Shown: positions 55,146 through 64,000 of the stretch, one piece after another
Layout: each line of letters starts with the position of its first letter
Numbering within the stretch: the stretch's first letter is position 1
From: Eledone cirrhosa
Taxonomy: Eukaryota
NCBI GenBank assembly: GCA_964016885.1
Contig: OZ024755.1
Coordinates: 39,556,001 to 39,620,000 of the forward strand
Length of the DNA stretch: 64,000 nt
Direction: 5' to 3'
Made by a program: the position numbers and the translations under genes
The notes under the pieces: model-generated
What the model was told of the DNA's origin: nothing
Seen by the model: the letters and a program-made list of their open reading frames with translations, nothing else
Database searches by the model: none

Positions 55146-55436
55146 TATATATGTGTATGTATGTGCGTATGTATATTTGTGTGTATGTGTATATGTGTAC
55201 GTATGGTGTGGGTATATGTGTATATGTGTGTGCGAGTGGACTTGTGAAATACCAAACCCAGCATGAATTCATTGAAGTGTGTGAGGCAGAGGATAGCTGA
55301 TGGACAGTCTGCCAGCAACTATTGGCCAGAATTTATGATGACGTAGAAAAACAACAGCCAACAGTAGGACAAGCGAGGAAGATGTTTTTTTACGCTAACA
55401 CCCCAGTGTGAAAATTTGATCCGGAATTATTGCCAA

Positions 55437-55523
55437 TGTCCGACGAACCTGCAGTTTCCAGAATCAGATAGATCTATACAATGATCTTTCCTCGAGCTGT
55501 CTGCCGGCGAAACAATTGTAACA
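55437..55523 (+). ncRNA. Hammerhead-like motif with CCGACGA core (family B)
   Basis: tgt-CCGACGA-(~62 nt)-GAAAC-aatt-GTA-aca; stem I is short. Confidence 0.5.
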
Positions 55524-55569
55524 CAATAAATTGAGTCCAGATGCATCACTGATTTTTCGTTTTATATTA

Positions 55570-55638
<69 letters not shown>

Positions 55639-55647
55639 AATATATAC

Positions 55648-55694
<47 letters not shown>

Positions 55695-56114
55695 TATACA
55701 TTTATTTATATATATATATATATATATAAATATATACATTTATATATATATACATATAAATATATACATTTATATATATATTTATATATATATATATATA
55801 TATATACATTTATATATATACATAAATATATTAATAAGGTAATGAATTCTTTTACAATGGAATCAGCTCGAAGGAGGAAAATACCCCCTGAGCAGTGTAT
55901 AAATTAATATGTATGTGATGAAACACAGATACCAATACATCTGTATATATATTGCAAAAGAAAAATTTAGCCAGATTGAAGTATACTAATTATTATACTA
56001 CAGTTTGTCCATATCGATTTAAAATAATAAATCAACGAAGACGAACTGTATTGCCAAGAGGCTGTGATGTTTAGACACATTTAAATTTCAAAATTAAACC
56101 TGTTCCGTAGATAA

Positions 56115-56190
56115 GTTTAAACTTTAAGATCCAAATATGTTTCGAGTTAAATAAGTGTAGGAATATCATGTCCTGCTCTCCTCAGTAAAC
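56115..56190 (-). ncRNA. Type I hammerhead ribozyme within pLTR insertion 55830-56425
   Basis: gttta-CTGAGGA-gag..ctc-GAAAC-..-GTT-taaac; the host element has an inverted arm (55900-55960 vs 56366-56425). Confidence 0.7.
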
Positions 56191-56576
56191 ATCCAGAGAC
56201 AAATTGATATGCTTCACTTCTAAATAATTTAAAAGACTGCGTGACGCACATGGTTTTACAGTATCTAACTAGTCTCATAACCGTACTGCTAGAAATAACA
56301 GTCGTATATATGAGGCGGCTTGCAGCTCAAACTAGGAGCAGTTAAAATTAATAAGGTAATGAATTCTTTGCAATATATATACAGATGTGTTGGTATCTGT
56401 GTTTCATCACATACATATTAATTTATACATAAATATATACATTTATATATATACACAAATATATACATTTATATATAACATATCTATATATATACATAAA
56501 TATATACATGTATATATATACACAAATATATACATTTATATATATATACATTTATATATAACATATCTATATATAT

Positions 56577-56702
<126 letters not shown>

Positions 56703-57881
56703 TTTATATATATATAACGAAGGAAATGTGGGAAGGTACCAGATGGACCACAACGCACCAAAGTACTCAATACATAGGGTAGTAGAGTGGGTAATAGGAA
56801 CAAGTACGACCCCGACGGCAGAGCTCAAGCAGTTTCGACGGCTAATTCTGGACTAAATAAGAATTTTTAGCATGGTAAATAAATAGCAGAATTTCTCAGG
56901 GGGTAATTCCTTATATGGGAAGATAGTAATTGTCAAACGGATTGGTCAAAAGTTTGTTGTAAAGACAGATGATTCTATCATGGCATTTAATGGGAAGTAG
57001 GTGTAGCTGAACTTGCCGGTAGAACAGAGAGGGAGTGGGGGAAACCCAGTCAAGCGTTGAAAGTGAAATCTATACAGCAGATTCTAAGGATAGTGTATAG
57101 AAGGTCGAAAAAAGTGTACTAAAGGGTGTAAAAAAAACATTATAAAAATAGGGAAATAAATATATAAAAACATAAAAAATAAGGAAATAAATATATAAAA
57201 AAAACAATTTCTTGACACTACTCCATTCCCACAATCACTAAATCTCTCATTGGCATTGCTAAGATATAGAAAAGTTTAATAGGTGGAGAAAAATACTAAA
57301 TACGAGATTGTAGTGAAAGAATTTTATAAAGCCGGCTCTATAGGGGGTCTAACACCACTGTTATAGTTAGTTAGTAATCAGCCAATGTTATCTTACAATG
57401 ACAGGTTAATAAGTTGAGAACAAAAATACTACTACAAAAATACTAATTCGAAATATTAATTCAGAATACTAATACAGAAATACTAATACAAGAATACTAA
57501 TACGAAAATACCACTAAGAAATTTAGAAATCACAGAAATGGAGCAGCAACCAGAAAGAAAACAATTTACTGGGGTCTAACACATCTGCTATAAAAAGCGT
57601 AATCGGCCAATTCTATCTTAAAATTAGGAGGGGTGGGGTACTGAGGCTACAGAGGACCGATGGGCTGTATCGGGTTAGACGAAAAGATGAAAAAAAGACA
57701 AGGAAGGAGATCTGGGGTGGAAGGACTAGGAAGAGATGGGGGGGAAGAAGGAAATATAGAGGAAAAGATAAAAAGACAAGAAAATAAAAAATTTACGTCT
57801 ACCTTTGTAAGCAGGGGTTACCCCTTACAAAATCGGCAAGTGGCGTGTTTCAGCCCTTGTCTAACCCCCCCCCCCCGGTCA

Positions 57882-60020
57882 TTATGGGGTTTGAGGTTGA
57901 GGTAAGTCCTACGCAATCTATGTTTGCATGCAGTTACCTGTTCGTCTTTTTTGTTTTAGAGTTGGTCCTTCGTAAACAGCATTTGTAATGTTTCCTCCGA
58001 GCATAAGTTACACGGACGGCGTCCTCCCCTGTAGGAGTTAGCTCTGGACAGTAAGCTCCAAGTGAGATTGTAGGTTATATTATTATCTTTGAGGTCCCAG
58101 ACGTGGCCCGAAAGTGTAGTGGCATGACGCCGGGCCGGGTTTCGGAAAGTATGTCGGTGTAGGTAGAGCCGGGTCTTGAAGTCACAAGCGGTTAATCCTA
58201 TATAAGCTTTGTTGGAGGTGTCCGTCCTCACGTTGCACTGGTAGATCACATTACGATCTCGGCATCTGTTGTTGAGGGGGTAATGGGATCTATCAGGACA
58301 GTTACACCTCCTGGTCGGCTCTCCACTGCTGGCTAGCTTATTTCTTCCATAGGGGTTGAGTTTTTTTGTTGTTAGAGGAGACGATGTTTTGTGCGAAGTT
58401 AGGTGTGGTGCTGTAGGAGAGTTTGATGGTGTTTTTGTTGATTATGTTGTGGTAGCGGTGTTGTAGTGGGAAGTGTTTTTCGATGAGCCTAAAGAAGATT
58501 TTCCCGGTAGGTGTTGTCACCTCGGCATTGTGGGGAGGATTGAACCACGTTACCTTGCGTGAGCGGCGGTGTCGCCTGCTGGTTCCGCTAATGGAAGCTG
58601 GATAATAGGATATTTCCTCCCGGAAGCCACTCCGCTTGAGGGCCTGGTTGTAATAAGGCGCATGTTCGTCGAATATCTGCTCATTAGCGGACAAACGAGA
58701 TATGCGGTGGGAGATGTTTTTAACCAGGTTATTGGTGATGTTTCTAGGGTGGTTCGACCGGCGGTGGATGTAATGCAGGTTGTCGTTGGGTTTCCTTTAT
58801 GGGTAGTACAGATCATTATCGAGGTTAAAGGTAACGTCCAGGAAGTTTACTCGGCTTAGGGACGTTTGTAGGGTTATTTTAAATCCCCAGTCGCGGAAGA
58901 AGCTGATTAATGGTTTACGGACCCGGTCTGTACTACTGGGGTTGTACCCTTTGAGGGTAAGGAGCCCATCATCACGGTACAATCCACCGCCGAATGCAGG
59001 AAACATTTTGGTGAGCAAAAATAGTAGGAATAATCCTTTAAGATCTTTGACCTCAGCCGAATCCCTCGCGCCCATACTGTCGTCGAAGGGGGAATCAGGA
59101 GCTCTCTTTATCTATTTGGAGTTGTCGAAAAGTAGGACTGTCTTCCTGGCGTGGAGAATGATGTTTCTTTCCTGGTCGGTGATGTGTGTGAGTGTTTCGG
59201 CAAAGTCCAAGGCGGCCATAAGGAGCGGTAAGGTAATTCATGCATAGTAACTCTCTATGTCAAACTGGATGAATTTTGTGTCTCGTTTGTCCTCCATATT
59301 GCTGAACCATGAGATTACTTCCTGGGTGTTGACCCCTAGGCTAAGTCTCGCGTTTTGCTTAACTTTTGATATAACGCGGTCTAGGATTTTTTTACTGATT
59401 CTCCCTATGTCGGACTTCGTTGGGTTTATAAGCCTGGTGGATGGTTTACGGTCGAAGTTGGATTTGTGGTCCTTCAGTGTGGAGCAGGGAGTCCGTGGGT
59501 CTATGGGATCAGTGCGGTCGGCAACCCCGAGGCTTGAGGTAATTTGTTGTCTATCTCGATTTATCTCCTCGATACTTGAATGGTTAGCCTTTTTATAGGT
59601 GGAGTTTAGACTGCTCCTGATCAGTGTGTGGTATCTGTCGGGGTTGAGGAAGTAGAGGTTTCCAGTTTTGTCCGAGTGCACCATGATGTCCTTGGTGTTT
59701 TCATACTCTGTTAATTTGCTACGGAGTTTTTGTAGGAATCTATAGTGTTTGGGTTTGAATTTAATGCTCTTGACCAGTTGGAAAATGTCATTCTCGAAGG
59801 ATGAGAGCATAGGGTTCGGAGGGGGAGAAGTGTAGTTATTAAATCTGAATCTCTCCTTGGTATCGAAGTCCTGATTGTCGCAATATCTGTCGTAGAAAAA
59901 AGTTCTCCATCTTAGTCTTTTCGCAAAGAGGTCGATTTTTTGCGTGAGCATCCGAAGGTAAAGTTTTCTCTGTGGTACTGGGATGTTCTTGGTGGAGAAG
60001 TCGATGTTGTGTTTTCGCAT
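57882..60020 (-). pseudogene. PLE2 reverse transcriptase / GIY-YIG endonuclease ORF, disrupted
   Basis: MRKH..STKNIPVP..KRLRW, TLKDHK..RLINP, QFDIESYY, MGARDSAE, GLYRDDGL, FLDV, WFNPP, CNC..VIY..YIGLT..CNLCSEE..CKH; stops and frameshifts. Confidence 0.93.
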
Positions 60021-60060
60021 GGTGCGGGTGAAAAAACTTAGCGGATCCTCAGCTCGTAAT

Positions 60061-60100
60061 CCGTGCTGAGGATCCGCTAAGGTGAAACATTTGTTCTCGG
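60061..60100 (+). ncRNA. Family D hammerhead in the inverted 5' arm of PLE2
   Basis: ccgtg-CTGAGGA-tccgctaaggt-GAAAC-attt-GTT-ctcgg; another arm-only copy at 17310-17347 (core CTGAGGT). Confidence 0.6.
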
Positions 60101-60971
60101 TATGAACTATCTGTTGTGTAACACCACATCTATACACACACATACAGACACGCACACATACACACACATACAGACACTTACACATACACCACATACAGAC
60201 ACGCACACATACACACACATACAGACACTTACACATACACCACATACAGACACGCACACATACACACACATACAGACACTTACACATACACCACATACAG
60301 ACACGCACACATACACCACATACAGACACGCACACATACACACACATACAGACACTTACACATACACACACATACAGACACGCACACATACACACACATA
60401 CAGACACGCACACACACATGTACAGACATACACATAAGATTCAACAACCGAAAGCTCTCGCTGTTTTACAGATTCCTTTCTACCTCCCATTGGCCTCGAA
60501 TATTTGAAAGTTTATTTTATTTCCCCCTTCTTTAACTTATTTATTTTTTATTATTTCTATTACACTGTCCCATTAACTCTCTTCGATTACCAACAGTAAC
60601 GAGTATCGATACTCCCCTAGTCTGTCATGGCTTAATAGCTCTATACGAACGTTTAAATTGAATAAATAAATACACACACTCATACACACATATACATAGA
60701 AACAGTTAACCTTCAGTAATTATGTATGTAAATAAGATTTATGTAAGTCTGTATATGTTCGAACATGTCTTTAATAATATATAATAATATAATAAAGAAG
60801 ATTTAATGTGAATCGATACGAAGTTTATAAATGTATTCTTCGCATTTCCCAAACAACCGAAAATGTTAAATAAATTATTGTACAAAATGTTGTAAAGGAT
60901 TTCCACTTGAAGCTTGGCTTTTTATGCACGCAAATACATACAGATACACACACGTGCACTCATGAATATAA

Positions 60972-61025
<54 letters not shown>

Positions 61026-61149
61026 TATATATATATGCGTATATATATATGCTATATATGTAAAGAAGAAATTAAAAGAAGGTTAAAAAAGTTCCATATA
61101 TTTTATTATGCGCATTTCGAAAAAAAAATAAAATATATATATATGCGTA

Positions 61150-61222
<73 letters not shown>

Positions 61223-61399
61223 ATACATATATATAGTATTAAGGATACTATTTATGGTTATGTATGTAATAAAACCTTTAATGGTAATATATTATTTATA
61301 CAAACCTTAAATAGTGAAAGATAGTCATTAATTACTATCCTATTACCAGTAAGATAAATAGCTCAATGTAATAACATCAGTTGTTTTACAGAGCAGTTA

Positions 61400-62936
61400 T
61401 ATAGAGATTACAATAATCAAAGTTCAGTTTAAGTCATTTATTTGCTTACAATTGTTTCCTCCAAACCGAGGTTTGGATTCTTCGGAGCAACTATTTACTG
61501 ATCTATAACATACTTGACCTCCTTTTCAACCCAAGAGACACATATAACATATGCGCATATTGATCAACAGTGGGGTGACATTCATCAAATGATATAGCAT
61601 GGCAATTTACATATAAAGGTTACAGGGTAAAAATAAAAATAAAAACAAAAATGTTAATTAATTAGGTATCACATCTACAAGTTAGAGTGGAGTCCACTCT
61701 AACTTGTAGATGTGATACCTAATTAATTTATATATGAGATGGGGGTTATCTATTGCTTGATGACCAGACTAGTGCCTTTATATGAGAAATTAGATCTCCG
61801 GACCACCCCGAAGGTATCCAGATTTACAGGAGATTCAGACATACAATGACCCGGAGCCTACCGGGGGTCATATGTAATAGTGGGACCATACCAGGTCCTA
61901 CTGTTATATTACATTTGCATGGAACAGGGATTTGAGTGTCTGACTCCTCTTATAGAATGTTCAGATATGACACCCCTTAATGGATGGTAATCATCCTAAT
62001 ATACACACCCTTGTACTTCTTAATGGACAACTCTCTAACCTATAAATGGGAAACATACCCTAGAAATTAGTTATAACTTCATATGATAGGCACGTATTTG
62101 ATTCACCATTAATGTAGTTTAGGATAATAATTTAACTAAGATAACTAGCTAGTTACCTCCCCTTACGCTTTAATTCCCCTTAGTCATTCAGACACTTCCG
62201 GAATCTAAACAGCATGATCTATTAATTAAGAACCGACTGGATACGGTATATAACTTGATTATATGCTGAACCATCGTGAATTATACGATAGACACGTGTT
62301 CTATATATTGTGTCTCATGGATTATGTGAGTGGTGGTGTGAGCAAAGACAGTGGTACGGCTTTGCCTACGATACAATAAGGTTTATAGCATGTTGAAAGT
62401 TTTTGATATTTTGGTGTTTCCCAGCATCCGGGACTGTATATCATACGGATGTATGCGAATAAATGACTTAATAATTCAGCCCACATAATAAGATCGATTG
62501 CCTGCTTCAACTGCCTGACCCTGCAAATATCATTCTGACGCACTCTAATCATGTATAAATAAGACACGCGTGCATGCTACACATGAGATTGTTTCATACA
62601 CCGACTACTCTAAACTCTCCTCTTGCTTTATCTTCATAGACTGCCAACGCTTCATGTTTATCTTTATTTTCAATTTTGTTTTTATTTTTATTTTTATTTT
62701 TATTTTTACCCTGTAACATTTATATGTAAATTGCCATGCTATATCATCTGATGAATGTCTCCCCACTGTTGATCAATATGGGCATATGTTATATATGTCT
62801 CTTGGGTTGAAAAGGAGGTCAAGTATGTTATAGATCAGTAAATAGTTGCTCCGAAGAATCCAAACCTCGGTTTGGAGGAAACAATTGTAAGCAAATAAAT
62901 GACTTAAACTGAACTTTGATTATTGTAATCTCTATA
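61400..62936. mobile_element. 1.5-kb element with ~250-bp inverted arms carrying hammerheads
   Basis: 61400-61650 is the reverse complement of 62690-62936; internal ~72-bp palindrome at 61657-61728. Confidence 0.8.
62846..62894 (+). ncRNA. Hammerhead variant with CCGAAGA core; identical minus-strand twin at 61442-61490
   Basis: ttgct-CCGAAGA-a-tccaaacc.tc.ggtttgga-g-GAAAC-aatt-GTA-agcaa. Confidence 0.75.
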
Positions 62937-63046
62937 CATATATATATATATATTTATTTAGGTCATTGAAATGATCATAGAATAATAAACCTTTCAAGGA
63001 TTTACACAAGTCCAGCCTCCTGTTAATCTCTCTATATATATATATA

Positions 63047-63132
<86 letters not shown>

Positions 63133-63151
63133 TGTGTGTGTGTCTGTATAA

Positions 63152-63182
<31 letters not shown>

Positions 63183-63227
63183 TTCAAAAATTTAATAAAT
63201 GAGAAAAATTCTCATAATCAAAGTATA

Positions 63228-63290
63228 TATTTTATTATACATATTTCAACGGTAGAATGGTGTTTCAGTACGTTTTCATCAGATAAAATA
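63228..63290 (-). ncRNA. Type I hammerhead ribozyme
   Basis: tattttat-CTGATGA-a-aacg..cgtt-GAAA-tatgta-TA-ataaaata. Confidence 0.85.
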
Positions 63291-63740
63291 TATAAGAGAT
63301 TGGTTATACGACATACCCCTAAGGTACTTGAATAATCAATCCTTGTAGTGGCAGTAAGTTATTTCACCAACCCTCAACATTTATATACCACAAATAATAT
63401 GATAAACTTAGAGAAGAAGAGGACGTAAAGCAACAACGGACGTTTAAATTGAATAAATAAATACACCCAGTCATGCACACGTATACATAGAAACAGTTAA
63501 TCTTCAGTAAATATGTATGTAAATAAGATTGTATGTATATATATATATTAGGTTGGAAAGAAAGTTCTCGCTGTTGTATATATATATATATATATATACA
63601 CACCGAGCATTATAATAAATGTTCGGTGAATCCATACGTGCATATATATATGTGTGCATGTATGTATATATATATATACATACTACTGTACGTCGGTATA
63701 CATATATGTATGTACGTGTACATACTTATATTTAAGTAAC

Positions 63741-63997
63741 AGCCGTACTAAGAGTGGGAAATGAAATATCGTTTCATTTTTTCCGTTTATCGTTTTCGGT
63801 GCACCCGGCCGATTAACCCACTCGATATGCATATTGGGCTATTCAGCCGTTAATATGCATAAGGTAAGTATATACGTTCAACAATCTGGCAGGAAGGTAT
63901 ACGTTGCTGACGATAGCTAACAAGCTTGAAACTAGTACAGCGTTCCTTTGTCAGTGTTGAACAAACGAGCAACGGTGGTTGCTAGACACTACGGCTT
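63741..63997. mobile_element. MITE-like repeat (relative of 7229-7425)
   Basis: AGCCGTAC start, TACGGCT end, shared internal sequence. Confidence 0.6.
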
Positions 63998-64000
63998 AAT

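Larger units (their letters stand above)
56715..60125 (-). mobile_element. Near-full-length Penelope-like element (Naiad-like), PLE2
   Basis: Hairpin 5' end, decayed RT-EN ORF, pyrimidine-rich 3' UTR ending in a family C pLTR with a degenerate HHR (56809-56904: acccc-CTGAGAA..GAAAC..GTC-ggggt). Continuity across 56900-57850 is assumed. Confidence 0.8.

Noticed and set aside
57882-60020. Selenoprotein recoding of the PLE ORFs
   Set aside because: The in-frame TGA at ~59238 is at a Ser-type position, other stops I checked are TAA/TAG, and frameshifts are present; this is decay.
59238-60419. 393-aa ORF with a Cys/Val-rich N-terminus
   Set aside because: The first ~130 codons are read-through of a CA-rich repeat and the pLTR hairpin; the plausible start is the ATG at 60020.
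62748-62810. CTGATGA at 62748 (also 10179) as additional hammerheads
   Set aside because: No matching GAAA, stem III or stem I partner found; the twin arm has TTGATGA.

Overview
AT-rich, intergenic-looking animal DNA with dense (TA)n, (CA)n, (CAT)n and (TAG)n tracts. The SINE content and repeat style suggest an octopus or other cephalopod (inference). Only one convincing host gene is present: an intronless class A GPCR of the FMRFamide/sex-peptide-receptor-like group (38524-39849), flanked by minisatellites. The rest is repeats: a 47-bp satellite with a 1877-bp internal duplication, two decayed near-full-length Penelope-like elements (PLEs, Naiad-like: YRDD reverse transcriptase plus C-terminal GIY-YIG), RTE and R4/Dong LINE fragments, bipartite RTE derivatives, tRNA-derived SINEs, Helitron ends and MITEs. 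The most striking hidden signal is about 20 type I hammerhead ribozyme (HHR) motifs from at least 10 sequence families. They sit in short fold-back PLE-terminus (pLTR) insertions inside (TA)n tracts. These insertions share an 'inverted arm without tail' rule and a conserved ACTC..GAGTRCT tail hairpin, and in one family a GT-AG intron appears to start inside the ribozyme. All structures were paired by eye and coordinates are approximate; no folding or database search was run. Almost all short ORFs in the supplied track are microsatellite artefacts.
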